NCBI GenBank assembly: GCA_034093895.1
Contig: JAXEBU010000061.1
Coordinates: 24,261-88,260, forward strand
Source: Candidatus Choladocola sp.
GTDB lineage: Bacteria; Bacillota; Clostridia; Lachnospirales; Lachnospiraceae
Direction of reading: 5' to 3'
Length of the DNA stretch: 64,000 bases
The translations under genes and the position numbers were made by a program. Shown piece by piece: positions 24,538 through 34,915 of the stretch; the first letter of the stretch is position 1; each line of letters starts with the position of its first letter. The notes under the pieces were generated by a model. The model ran no database searches, was not told where the DNA came from, and saw nothing but the letters and a program-made list of their open reading frames with translations.

Positions 24538-27234
24538 ATGAGAAAAAACAGAAAACAAAGTGTGAAACGTGTGCTTGGCTTCCTGATGACAGTGATTCTT
24601 ATGTTCAACGGTTTTTTGTTACCGGTGCGGGCAGAAGATCTGATCATTGAGTCCCCGGACCTTTTGGAGGACGGCGCTGCTGTGTTCGCTGCAGAGAATG
24701 AGAACACAGAGGAAGCAGATCTGATTTTTCTGCCGGAGGATACTCCGGAGACAGAGAAGATCTCGGGTCTCCCGCAGGAGGAATGGGAGGAAGAAAGCTT
24801 CCGGGAAATAACCGGGCAGGAGGAGATAACCGGTCAGGAAGAAATGACCGGGCAGGAAGAAATGACCGGAACGGAGGAAATGACGGAAGCCGGGAGCGAA
24901 TGGTATGATCTGCCGGAGCTTTTGGAGGAGGATGGACTGTTCATTGAGGAGATTGAGGAATCGCTGAATCCCCTTCTTGTGCTGGATGGCGGCATAAGTA
25001 CAGATGAGCTTTCAGCAAACGGCAGTCAGGGAGCACTCGATTACATTTCTGCCAGTCACAGTACATCCGGTTACAGCTACGGCGATGAGTGGGTCATCTA
25101 TTCTCTTCTGCGGGCTGGCCGGACGATTGATCCGTCAGTTCTCGATCAGTATTATGCATCCGTGGTGGAAAGGGTACAGACCTGGAGTGCCGATCAGAAA
25201 CCGACGGATATAGAACGGGTATCACTGGCACTGACTGCAATGAGCAGAGATATCACAAATGTGGGTGGCGTCAATCTGGCATCCATGATCTACAACTCCC
25301 CGTCTCTGTCATCCGGTTCCAATGAGCTGATTTTTGCACTTCTGGCACTGGATGCTGCGGATATTACCATTCCATCCGGTGCAAAGTGGAACAGAACTTC
25401 CATGATTGCGTCACTGCTGAAATTTCAGAATCCGAATACGGGAGGCTTTGGCCTTACTGACAGTACAACTTCAGATGTGGATCTGACGGCGATGGCTCTT
25501 CAGTGTCTGGCCGGTTATCAGAACCGTGCCGAGGTGAAAACAGCTGTGGCGAAGGCAGTGGCTTTCCTGAGAGGTGAGGCTGATCAGGCCGACTATGGAA
25601 GTGCAGAATCGGATGCACAGGTACTTCTGGCTCTTTCTGTTCTCGGGATTGACCCGGCATCGGCGGAGGAAGGATTTGGCAATGAAGATACAAATCTGAT
25701 TTCAAACTTGAACAACATTTACAGGAATGGGGACGGCGGCTTTTCTCACAAGCTGGGGAAAGAGACTTCGGAAACGTACGATGAGATGCCCACTGTTCAG
25801 GCAGCCCATGCGCTGACATCGTACCAGAAGAGCAAAACAGGAGAATCTTACTGGAATATAAACGGAAGTAAAGCCGAAGTCACATTTACACTTCTGGGAG
25901 ATTCAGTGCATAACAGTGACAGCGACCAGAAAGTGCATACCCTGCAGGCAGGAAATCTCGAGACGTGGATTCCGGCTTCCATATACCGTGTGGAGATCGG
26001 ATGTTCCGTGTACAATGTAATGCAGGCTGCCTTTTCTCAGTATGGCATCACCTGCAGTAATTCAGGAAATTACGTGGCTTCCCTTACCAGAAACGGAGTG
26101 ACGCTGGGAGAGTTTACGAACGGCAGAAACAGCGGGTGGATGTATACACTGAACGGAGTACATCCGGAGTTTGGTGTGGAAGAACAGAAGATAAAGGACG
26201 GAGATGTCATTGTCTTTCATTATACAGATAATTATACGTGGGAGTATCCTCATGACCACAAATGGGACAGCCAGTGGAGCTGCGATAGTACGTATCACTG
26301 GCATGAATGTGTAAACGGCAGCGGGTACTGTGCCGCGGAAAAAAACAGCCAGAAATCGGGTTATGCATCACACGCGTACAGCGGCTGGAAAACAGTGTCA
26401 TCAGCGACTGTATCTGCGCCGGAAGTACAGACGCGGACGTGTACAGTCTGCGGATGGACAGAGACGAGAACGGTAGGCACGAAGCTGACTCCGACGATGA
26501 AAGTGAATGCTTCAAAACTGCCGCTGAAGGTGAAGCAGTCAACAACGAAGCTCACTGTGACGGGGCTTGCGAAAGATGACTCCGTAAAAACCTGGAAATC
26601 CGGGAATACGAGTATTTTCAAGGTGAGCGGCAAGGCAGACGGTACGTGCAGGATTACGGCGGGAAGTAAGACGGGATCTGCGGTACTGACCATCACCCTG
26701 GCAAGCGGACTGCAGAAAAAAGTGACAGTGACGGTACAGAAAAATACGGTTGTGACGACGAAGATCACCGGTCTTTCCAGTAAACTGACGATTCAGAAGG
26801 GGAAGAAGGTGACGTTAAAGCCTGTGCTCACTCCGGTCACTTCCCAGCAGAAAATTACGTATGCTTCTTCTGACAAAAAGATCGCCACAGTAAGCTCAGG
26901 AGGCGTGATTACGGCTAAAAGTGCCGGTACGGCGAAGATCACTGTAAAATCCGGCAGCAAAAAGTATACCGTCAAGGTGACCGTTCCGAAGACGAAGACG
27001 ACGAAGATTACCGGTGTAAAAACGAGTGTTACGGTGAAAAAAGGAAAAACATATACGCTGAAAGCTGTCGTTTCTCCGAAAAACAGTGATGAGAAAATTA
27101 CATACACATCTTCCAATAAAAAGGTGGCAACCGTTACATCTTCCGGGAAAATCAGGGGAATCAAAAAAGGAACTGCGACGATTACTGTGAAATCAGGAAA
27201 CGTTTCAGTGAAATGTAAAGTAACGGTGAAATAA
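24538..27234 (+). CDS. Secreted surface protein: prenyltransferase-like alpha-barrel + DUF4430 (transcobalamin-like) + Big_2 repeats
   Basis: Signal peptide; DVDLTAMALQ, FQNPNTGGFG, ESDAQVLLAL; GEFTNGRNSGWMYTLNG...DGDVIVFHYT; C-terminal SSNKKVATV repeats. Confidence 0.82.
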   Translation: MRKNRKQSVKRVLGFLMTVILMFNGFLLPVRAEDLIIESPDLLEDGAAVFAAENENTEEADLIFLPEDTPETEKISGLPQEEWEEESFREITGQEEITGQEEMTGQEEMTGTEEMTEAGSEWYDLPELLEEDGLFIEEIEESLNPLLVLDGGISTDELSANGSQGALDYISASHSTSGYSYGDEWVIYSLLRAGRTIDPSVLDQYYASVVERVQTWSADQKPTDIERVSLALTAMSRDITNVGGVNLASMIYNSPSLSSGSNELIFALLALDAADITIPSGAKWNRTSMIASLLKFQNPNTGGFGLTDSTTSDVDLTAMALQCLAGYQNRAEVKTAVAKAVAFLRGEADQADYGSAESDAQVLLALSVLGIDPASAEEGFGNEDTNLISNLNNIYRNGDGGFSHKLGKETSETYDEMPTVQAAHALTSYQKSKTGESYWNINGSKAEVTFTLLGDSVHNSDSDQKVHTLQAGNLETWIPASIYRVEIGCSVYNVMQAAFSQYGITCSNSGNYVASLTRNGVTLGEFTNGRNSGWMYTLNGVHPEFGVEEQKIKDGDVIVFHYTDNYTWEYPHDHKWDSQWSCDSTYHWHECVNGSGYCAAEKNSQKSGYASHAYSGWKTVSSATVSAPEVQTRTCTVCGWTETRTVGTKLTPTMKVNASKLPLKVKQSTTKLTVTGLAKDDSVKTWKSGNTSIFKVSGKADGTCRITAGSKTGSAVLTITLASGLQKKVTVTVQKNTVVTTKITGLSSKLTIQKGKKVTLKPVLTPVTSQQKITYASSDKKIATVSSGGVITAKSAGTAKITVKSGSKKYTVKVTVPKTKTTKITGVKTSVTVKKGKTYTLKAVVSPKNSDEKITYTSSNKKVATVTSSGKIRGIKKGTATITVKSGNVSVKCKVTVK

Positions 27235-27247
27235 ACGGGAGGAAGGA

Positions 27248-28597
27248 ATGAAGACGAAAACGAAGAAACGATTGCTCAATATCATTATGGTGGTGCTGAT
27301 CCTGATCATTGCAGCCAGCGGCCTGATGGTGGCAGGCAGAATACGGGGCTGGTTCGGTGGCGGAAACGAGAGTGCTCCTGTCACCGGGAAAGTGAAGGGT
27401 GTTGTCAACATTGAGCGTCAGGGAATCGGATATACGCTGAACCGGGGTACGACACTGGCTGCGGGAGATCTGATCGAGACAAAAAAGAATGCTCAGGCAG
27501 AGTTTCTTCTGGAAGAAACAGGAAACCTGGTGCTAAACGGCGGCACGGAGCTGGTCATCCGGTCGTGCGGAAATGAATCGATGGAAATCGAAGTGAATCA
27601 GGGCGAACTGTTCGGTGATATGGCCGATTATGTCGGTGATTTCGAACTGAATTTCGGGGGAAACACGGCCGCTCTTTCAGAATCCGTTTTTTCAGTCAGC
27701 GTGCAGTCAGGGAGCAGGACGCTGTACGTTTATTCCGGTGATGTCAGTCTCGTTTTATCCGATGGTACAAGAGAGCGGGTGGAAGCCGGAGAGTGTCTTC
27801 CTTCGGTGGACAGTGCAGACGGAAGTACTGCTTATACGGTGGAAGAGATACAGGTTGTATCTCTCAATGATTTTCTGATCAGTCAGGCCGGGGAGTGCAC
27901 CGGCAGGAACGAACTGTGTTTTTCGCAGTCTGAGCTGCAGGCAGTGCTGGATGCACGTGAGTCGGAAAAACAGGCTTCCCTGGAAGCAGCTCTGAATCCG
28001 GATCAGGCAGTTCCGGTGGATGGGAAAGAGCGTGAAAGTGAGACTGCAACAGAGGCAGCAGAAGAAGCATCAGCAATGGCCGGTACGGAACAGGAGAACA
28101 GCGGCGGACAGAGTACTGCAGAAGTGTATCAGCCCGACAGTGATTCTTCTCAGAAACAGGAGGAGACACAGCAGTCTGTGGCCTCTTCTGCAAATGTGTG
28201 TACCATTACAATTCTCTGTGGGACAATACTCAACAATATGGATAATCTTTCAGACGGTAAAGAAGCATACCTTCCAGCAAACGGAATTATCCTTGATACG
28301 AGCAGTGTGGAGTTTACGGCAGGAGAAACGGTATTTGATGTGCTGAAAAGAGTCTGTGATTACGCCGGAATTCAGCTGGAATACTCCTGGACACCCATGT
28401 ACAACAGTTACTACGTGGAAGGAATCAATCATCTGTATGAGTTTGATTGTGGTAATGAGTCGGGATGGATGTACAAAGTAAATGGATGGTTTCCCAATTA
28501 TGGCTGCTCCTCTTATGAGCTGACCGACGGAGATTCCATTGTATGGATCTATACGTGTAACGGACTGGGTGCTGATGTGGGAGGTGCAGCCGGTTGA
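27248..28597 (+). CDS. Membrane-anchored FecR-like + DUF4430 protein
   Basis: N-terminal TM; LAAGDLIET...LVLNGGTEL...VNQGEL...VYSGDV (FecR-like); GETVFDVL...YVEGINHLYEFDCGNESGWMYKVNGWFPNYGCSSY (DUF4430). Confidence 0.8.
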   Translation: MKTKTKKRLLNIIMVVLILIIAASGLMVAGRIRGWFGGGNESAPVTGKVKGVVNIERQGIGYTLNRGTTLAAGDLIETKKNAQAEFLLEETGNLVLNGGTELVIRSCGNESMEIEVNQGELFGDMADYVGDFELNFGGNTAALSESVFSVSVQSGSRTLYVYSGDVSLVLSDGTRERVEAGECLPSVDSADGSTAYTVEEIQVVSLNDFLISQAGECTGRNELCFSQSELQAVLDARESEKQASLEAALNPDQAVPVDGKERESETATEAAEEASAMAGTEQENSGGQSTAEVYQPDSDSSQKQEETQQSVASSANVCTITILCGTILNNMDNLSDGKEAYLPANGIILDTSSVEFTAGETVFDVLKRVCDYAGIQLEYSWTPMYNSYYVEGINHLYEFDCGNESGWMYKVNGWFPNYGCSSYELTDGDSIVWIYTCNGLGADVGGAAG

Positions 28598-28614
28598 TAC
28601 GAGAGAGGAAATGG

Positions 28615-31600
28615 ATGGGAAATAAAAAGTATTTTCAGAGAGCGGCAGCGCTCCTGACCGCAGCTGTCCTGCTTTTTTCTTCCGTTCCGGCCCGGGCATC
28701 GGAGGAGACGGGAGTTTCTGAAAAGGTGCAGGCGCAGGAAGAGGTACACGCTCTGAATGAGACAGAGCTGCATTCTTCGGAAGAAACGGAAGTTCCGGAA
28801 ACGATTCAGTCACCGGAGGAAGGAAATGCGCCGGGAAGGGAAGAGCAGCAGTCAACAGAAGAATCGGAGCCGCCGGAGAATGGAGGGCAGCAGTCAACAG
28901 AAGAAGCGCAGCCGCCGGAAAGGGAAGGGCAGCAGTCAACAGAAGAAGCACAGCCATCCGGTGAGACGCAGATACGGGAATCGGAAACTCAAAAAGCGGT
29001 GGGCATGCCGGCGACGGAGAAAGAGAAGGAGAAACCGGCGGATGAGGAAGAGACGGAAAAGACAGAAAAAGTCCGGATTCAGATCGCCGATGAAAACGGA
29101 TCATATCTTCCGATGCAGTTGATAAAAGGTCCGGCGCAGATGACATCCGGCGGTGTGACACATCCGGTGGAATATCTGGAAGGGGTGTATCTGGTCAGTG
29201 CATCGGAGCCCACAGAGGCTGTACAGATTTCACTTTCCGGTGTGGCAAAAGAAGATAAAATTTCCATAACGAAATGGAACGGCTATCTGGCAGAACAGCA
29301 GGGTAAATGGCTTCTCTGTCCGGATGAACCCATGAAAAATGCGTGGACGAATACAGGCAGTACGTATACGTGTATTCTGGAAAAATTCAAAATTGATCCG
29401 GCTTCTCTGTCACTGGAACAGCTTGCTGTATACGGCAGCCTGGAGGAAGGAACGGACTATGCGGAGCTGTTTATCTGCAGTCCGGAGGTTTCGGCAGTAC
29501 TTCTGATCCGGCTGGGAAGAAAGCAGGAAACGGAATCAGAGACAGAACGGGAGGCGGGAACAGAGACAGAACAGGAAATAAAAACAGAGACAGAGCGGGA
29601 AGCAGAAACGGAGTTTCTGGCAGAAGAAACGGAGGAAGTGCAGGCACTTGCGACGGTCGTTCTGGCAGCTGCGGAAAAGGATATTACCGGTGTGTATCAG
29701 GCGGTAGGAAAAAATCTGTCCGATTTGGCCGCAGTGTATATTCCACAAGTAAGTTCCATCAATGGAGAATGGCAGATTCTCGGACTGGCAAGGAGCGGAC
29801 AGAGTGTAGAGGATTCTGTGTACAGCGGCTACAAAACGAATCTGCTGAATCTGCTGGAAGAGAAAAACGGCGTACTTCATGAGAAAAAGTATACAGAGTA
29901 TTCCCGTGTGGTTCTGGCTCTGACCGCACTGGGAGAGGATGTTACGAATGTGGGAGGTTACAATCTTTTAAAACCGCTTTCTGATTTTGACCAGACTGTC
30001 TGGCAGGGAATTAACGGTGCAATTTTTGCGCTGCTGGCATTCGACAGTCATAATTATGAAATACCGCAGGCAGAGCAGGGAAAGACGCAGACGACGCGAG
30101 AAAGACTGATTGCATATATTCTTGATCTGGAGCTTTCAGGCGGAGGATGGGCACTGTCCGGGATAACCCCCGATCCTGATATTACGGCGATGGCCATTCA
30201 GTCTCTTGCGCCGTACTGTAAAACGAATCCGACGGTGAAGGCTGCAGTGGACCGTGGGGTGAACCGACTGTCCGCCATGCAGGATGAGAACGGAGGATAC
30301 GGAAGCTGGGGACAGACGAATTCAGAGAGCTGTTCCCAGGTGATTGTAGCCCTGACTGCGCTCGGAATTGATCCGAATACGGATCCGCGTTTTGTGAAGA
30401 ACGGAAAATCGGTGATGGATGCGCTTTTGACGTACATTTCATCTGACGGGACTTTTCAGCATGTATCCGGCGGAGATTCCGATCAGATGGCGACAGAGCA
30501 GGCTTATTATGCGCTGACTTCTTATCAGCGCCTGAAAGAAGGAAAGACGTCTCTGTATGATATGAGTGATGTGCAGCTGAAAAACGGCAGCGGCCAGACA
30601 GGAAACGGAGATTCCCCGAACGGGCAGGGAACGACCGGAACGGGGAATACCGGGGAAACTCAGACGGAGTCAGAAGATCAGACGGGTGGATCCTCCTCCG
30701 GAAATAAAACGGCCGGAGGCGTTACGAAAAGAGTGAACCTGGTTTCCTCCACGCAAAAAGTCGGGGGAACAGCTGCTTCATCATCTTTGCCGTCAGACGG
30801 AACCGTGGAGGCCGGCAAAAACGGGGAAGAAAGTGAAGCTGAGTCAGAATCGGAGGAAGAGACAGAAGAAGCGAAGCTGCCTGAGAGTGGAGCCACGAAA
30901 GCAGAAGATGATGTGCGGACAGTCATAGCTGCACTGAATACGATGTTTCATCCGTCGTATACGGACGGAGGGAGCGCAGAGGGACCTTCTGTGTATTCGG
31001 AAGAGGAAGCAGAAGAGCTCGTTAAAATTTATCTGGCTGTGGAGAAGCTTTCTGAGGAAGAACAGCAGACGGTGAAGGAAAGCCCCTATTATGAGGAATA
31101 TATCGGAGCTCTTGCAAAGCTGGGCGCGGAAAACCATTTTGATGAAGCATCCGGTACCGATCTGCGTGATAACGGAGAGGATATCCTTCCATGGTATGTG
31201 AAGGTGGAAGTGACATCAGGGATCGGTGCGGAGGCGGAGACAGAAGCGGTGAATCACTGCCTGAGAGGCCGGGGAGAAGTATTTTCTTTCCGGGATATCT
31301 GTCTGCTCAGTCTTCTTGACCGGGAAGAATGGCAGCCGGAGGATATTCTGAGAGTGCGTCTTCCCCTGGAGGATGTCGGGGAATACGAAAATGTGGCTGT
31401 GGTACATATCCGGGAAAACGGAACCATGGAGTTTCTGGAGGGCCACATTTCAGGAAACAGCCTGGAGTTTGATACGGACGGATTCTCAACGTACGGAACC
31501 GTCGGATTTCACGGTTCTCTGGAGGAACTGATGGAAAAAGAAGAAACAGATGAAATCTGGTTTTATGCAGTTCCGGGAGCGGCGGCTGTGCTGTTGCTGC

Positions 31601-31650
31601 TGATTCTGTTCTGCGCGAAAAGAAGGATGGGAAAAAAGGAGGAAATATGA
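28615..31650 (+). CDS. Cell-surface protein with prenyltransferase/transcobalamin-like alpha-barrel and C-terminal membrane anchor
   Basis: Signal peptide; GEWQILGLARSG, TEYSRVVLAL, WQGINGAIFALLA, DPDITAMAIQSLAPY, NSESCSQVIVAL, MATEQAYYAL; C-terminal TM plus basic tail. Confidence 0.82.
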   Translation: MGNKKYFQRAAALLTAAVLLFSSVPARASEETGVSEKVQAQEEVHALNETELHSSEETEVPETIQSPEEGNAPGREEQQSTEESEPPENGGQQSTEEAQPPEREGQQSTEEAQPSGETQIRESETQKAVGMPATEKEKEKPADEEETEKTEKVRIQIADENGSYLPMQLIKGPAQMTSGGVTHPVEYLEGVYLVSASEPTEAVQISLSGVAKEDKISITKWNGYLAEQQGKWLLCPDEPMKNAWTNTGSTYTCILEKFKIDPASLSLEQLAVYGSLEEGTDYAELFICSPEVSAVLLIRLGRKQETESETEREAGTETEQEIKTETEREAETEFLAEETEEVQALATVVLAAAEKDITGVYQAVGKNLSDLAAVYIPQVSSINGEWQILGLARSGQSVEDSVYSGYKTNLLNLLEEKNGVLHEKKYTEYSRVVLALTALGEDVTNVGGYNLLKPLSDFDQTVWQGINGAIFALLAFDSHNYEIPQAEQGKTQTTRERLIAYILDLELSGGGWALSGITPDPDITAMAIQSLAPYCKTNPTVKAAVDRGVNRLSAMQDENGGYGSWGQTNSESCSQVIVALTALGIDPNTDPRFVKNGKSVMDALLTYISSDGTFQHVSGGDSDQMATEQAYYALTSYQRLKEGKTSLYDMSDVQLKNGSGQTGNGDSPNGQGTTGTGNTGETQTESEDQTGGSSSGNKTAGGVTKRVNLVSSTQKVGGTAASSSLPSDGTVEAGKNGEESEAESESEEETEEAKLPESGATKAEDDVRTVIAALNTMFHPSYTDGGSAEGPSVYSEEEAEELVKIYLAVEKLSEEEQQTVKESPYYEEYIGALAKLGAENHFDEASGTDLRDNGEDILPWYVKVEVTSGIGAEAETEAVNHCLRGRGEVFSFRDICLLSLLDREEWQPEDILRVRLPLEDVGEYENVAVVHIRENGTMEFLEGHISGNSLEFDTDGFSTYGTVGFHGSLEELMEKEETDEIWFYAVPGAAAVLLLLILFCAKRRMGKKEEI

Positions 31651-32537
31651 GGGACTGTTTTTCTGCGTATCATCCGGCAATTAATTTCATCTTTTTTCTC
31701 GGCGCGATGATCTGCGGAATGATTCTGCTGCATCCAGGGTACCTTGCGTGTTCCGTTTTTCTGTCTTTTACGTATTATCTGACATTGCAGAAAGAGAAAG
31801 GATTACGGTTCATATTCGGGATGGTCAGTCTGTTTTGCCTGCTTTCTCTCATCAATCCCGTTTTTAATACGTACGGGGAGACGGTGCTTTTTGTGTGGCC
31901 GGGCGGAAGACCGTATACGCGGGAAGCGCTGTATTACGGCATGGCACTGGCTGCCATGATGATATCGGTGCTTGCGTGGTTTGCGTCCTGGCAGATTGTG
32001 ATGACCAGTGATAAATTTCTGTACCTGTTCGGACATCTGGCGCCGGCTGCCACTCTGACGCTGACCATGATTTTCCGATTGATTCCTTCTTACCGGAAAA
32101 AGGAAGAGCAGATAGGCAATGCCAGAAAGTGCATCGGCATGGATGCGGATACGGGAAATACAGCTGCGAAGGCGGCCCACGGTATGGTGATTGTCTCAGC
32201 GCTGATGTCATGGGCGCTGGAAGGGGGCATTGTCACGGCAGACAGTATGAGGAGCAGGGGATACGGGTGTGGAAAAAGGACACATTTTTCCCGGTACCGG
32301 TTTGCGGGAAGGGACAAAGCGCTGCTTGGATTCATGGTTTTCCTCCTGGCAGCGGTCATTCTGTGTGGGATGGGCGGAGGCGCCGCCGTCGTGTTTACAC
32401 CCCGTTTTGAGATGGCCGGCAGAAGCTCCCCATGGTTTTCTGCGGGGATTTTTGCGTATTTTCTTTTTCTTTTCATACCATCTGCAATTAATATTCTGGA
32501 GGAGATACGATGGCACAGTTTGAGATCAGAAATCTGA
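31647..32537 (+). CDS. ECF transporter T component
   Basis: YHP start, multiple TM, FRLIP, ADSMRSRGYG. Confidence 0.9.
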   Translation: MRDCFSAYHPAINFIFFLGAMICGMILLHPGYLACSVFLSFTYYLTLQKEKGLRFIFGMVSLFCLLSLINPVFNTYGETVLFVWPGGRPYTREALYYGMALAAMMISVLAWFASWQIVMTSDKFLYLFGHLAPAATLTLTMIFRLIPSYRKKEEQIGNARKCIGMDADTGNTAAKAAHGMVIVSALMSWALEGGIVTADSMRSRGYGCGKRTHFSRYRFAGRDKALLGFMVFLLAAVILCGMGGGAAVVFTPRFEMAGRSSPWFSAGIFAYFLFLFIPSAINILEEIRWHSLRSEI

Positions 32538-34183
32538 ATTTTTATTATCCTCAGGCGGAAAAAACACCGGCTCTGTCTGATATCAGCCTGAAGATCGAAC
32601 AGGGGCAGTTTGTTACGGTCTGCGGCAGAAGCGGAAGCGGAAAAACGACACTTCTGAAGCATCTGAAAAGTGTGCTTACGCCCCACGGAAAGAGAACGGG
32701 AGAAATTCTTTTTGAGGGACGGCCGCTTGCTGAAGCGGGACTTCGGGAACAGTCCTCCGGAATCGGTTACGTCATGCAGAATCCGGACAGTCAGATTGTG
32801 ACGGACAAGGTATGGCACGAACTGGCCTTTGGTCTGGAGAGCCTTGGGATGGATCAGAGGACCATCCGGCTGCGCGTGGCAGAGATGGCCAGTTATTTTG
32901 GAATACAGGGCTGGTTTCACAAAAATGTGACAGAGCTGTCGGGAGGACAGAAACAGCTGCTGAATCTGGCATCGATTATGGCAATGCAGCCCGGCGTGCT
33001 GATCCTGGACGAACCGACGAGCCAGCTGGACCCCATCGCATCCTCTGATTTTCTGAATACAGTGCGGAAAATCAACCGGGAGCTTCGAACCACCGTCATC
33101 ATTACGGAGCATCGCCTGGAGGACATTTATTACTGTTCTGACCGGGTAGTAGTGATGGAGGAGGGAAGGATTCTTGCGGACGATGAACCACGGCGTGTGG
33201 GGGATTATCTGAAGGAAGAAAAAAATGAGATGTTTGCGGCTATGCCTGCACCTGTACAGATCTATTACAGTGTGGGGGCAGTGGGAAAATGTCCGCTGAC
33301 TGTCCGGGAAGGTGCGGAGTGGCTGGACGGGCTGTTTGCGGAGAAAAAACCGGAAATCACATCTGTGGAAATGGCGGATTACCCGGATCCGGAAGAGGCA
33401 GCCCATCCTGCTATTCTCATAAAAGAAGCGTGGTTCCGGTATGAGAAAGAAGGGCGGGACATCCTGAAGGGCGTCGATCTGAAGGTTCCCACCGGCGTTC
33501 TCCACGCAGTGGTAGGCGGGAACGGAACGGGAAAATCCACGATGCTGAAAGCGATCTGCAATATCTGCAGGCCGTACCGCGGCAAAATTTTCGTTGACGG
33601 AAAACGGGTGGAAAAATACCGCTCAGGGGAGCTGTTCTGCGGACTTCTCGCAATGCTTCCGCAGGATCCGCAGAGCCTGTTTGCCAGAAAAACGGTTCGG
33701 GAGGAGCTGGAAGAAATGGTGTCAGGTACAAAGGAGCAGAAGCGTGAGAAAATGAATGAGGCGGCTGCCCTGTGCGATATTGGGCACCTGCTGGAAAATC
33801 ATCCATACGATCTCTCCGGCGGGGAGCAGCAGCGTGCAGCGCTTGCGAAGGTACTGCTGACGGATCCGAAAATATTGCTGCTGGATGAGCCGACGAAGGG
33901 AATTGACAGCTTCTTTAAACAGAAATTCGCGGAGATTCTGCAGAGGCTGAAAAGCAGAGGCGTGACTGTGCTGATGGTTTCCCACGATGTGGAATTCTGC
34001 GCAAAATATGCGGATCTTGTCAGCATGTTTTTTGACGGCGGAATTGTCACCACCAATACGCCAAACCGCTTTTTTGCCGCAAACAGTTTTTATACAACGG
34101 CAGCCAACCGGATGAGCCGCCATTTATTTGATAACGCGATTACGAATGAGGATGTGATAGAGCTATGTCAGAAGAATCTGTAA
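32510..34183 (+). CDS. ECF transporter fused double ATPase (A-A')
   Basis: GRSGSGKTT, QNPDSQ, LSGGQKQ, DEPT; GGNGTGKST, LSGGEQQR, DEPTKG. Confidence 0.93.
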   Translation: MAQFEIRNLNFYYPQAEKTPALSDISLKIEQGQFVTVCGRSGSGKTTLLKHLKSVLTPHGKRTGEILFEGRPLAEAGLREQSSGIGYVMQNPDSQIVTDKVWHELAFGLESLGMDQRTIRLRVAEMASYFGIQGWFHKNVTELSGGQKQLLNLASIMAMQPGVLILDEPTSQLDPIASSDFLNTVRKINRELRTTVIITEHRLEDIYYCSDRVVVMEEGRILADDEPRRVGDYLKEEKNEMFAAMPAPVQIYYSVGAVGKCPLTVREGAEWLDGLFAEKKPEITSVEMADYPDPEEAAHPAILIKEAWFRYEKEGRDILKGVDLKVPTGVLHAVVGGNGTGKSTMLKAICNICRPYRGKIFVDGKRVEKYRSGELFCGLLAMLPQDPQSLFARKTVREELEEMVSGTKEQKREKMNEAAALCDIGHLLENHPYDLSGGEQQRAALAKVLLTDPKILLLDEPTKGIDSFFKQKFAEILQRLKSRGVTVLMVSHDVEFCAKYADLVSMFFDGGIVTTNTPNRFFAANSFYTTAANRMSRHLFDNAITNEDVIELCQKNL

Positions 34184-34896
34184 AAAAGAAAAGGCGGGAA
34201 AGCGGTCTGGTATTTGTCTGGCTGGTGGTGGCAATTCTGATACTGTCAACGCTGTTCGTATCGAATTATTTCGGTTACAGAAAATATTATCTGCTCAGCC
34301 TGCTGCTGATCGTTTATTCCATGATTCCGTTTTTCTTAAGCTATGAAAAACGAAAACCGCAGGCGAGGGAAGTTGTGACACTGGCGGTCATGTGTGCCGT
34401 TGCGGTAGCCTCCAGGGCTGCATTTCTTATGCTGCCCCATTTTAAACCCATGACAGGAATCATAATGATAACAGGAATTTCATTCGGTCCGGAAGCCGGG
34501 TTCCTTACGGGAGCTCTCAGCGGCTTCGTCAGCAATTTTATTTTCGGTCAGGGACCCTGGACACCGTGGCAGATGTTTGCCTTCGGCGTTGCCGGATTTC
34601 TCGCCGGAATTCTTTCAAAGACCGGATTTCTTACGGGAGAGAAACCACTGCGTGCAGCCGTATTCGGAGGACTGTCTGTGGTTATTATAGTGGGGCCGCT
34701 CCTCGATACGTGCACACTGTTTACAATGGCCGCAGAAATCAATTCGTCATCGGCAGCCGGCATCTATCTGTCGGGGCTTCCGGTGAATCTGGTTCATGGA
34801 CTGGCCACATTTCTTACCGTTCTCCTTCTGTGCAGGCCGATTACGGAAAAACTGGACCGGATCCGGGTGAAATACGGTATGATGAGTGACGATTGA
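34165..34896 (+). CDS. ECF transporter S component (CbrT-like)
   Basis: AVASRAAF..LPHFKP, FGPEAGFLTG, SNFIFGQGPWTPWQM. Confidence 0.85.
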   Translation: MSEESVKKKRRESGLVFVWLVVAILILSTLFVSNYFGYRKYYLLSLLLIVYSMIPFFLSYEKRKPQAREVVTLAVMCAVAVASRAAFLMLPHFKPMTGIIMITGISFGPEAGFLTGALSGFVSNFIFGQGPWTPWQMFAFGVAGFLAGILSKTGFLTGEKPLRAAVFGGLSVVIIVGPLLDTCTLFTMAAEINSSSAAGIYLSGLPVNLVHGLATFLTVLLLCRPITEKLDRIRVKYGMMSDD

Positions 34897-34915
34897 AGGC
34901 AGGAAGGAGACTGAT

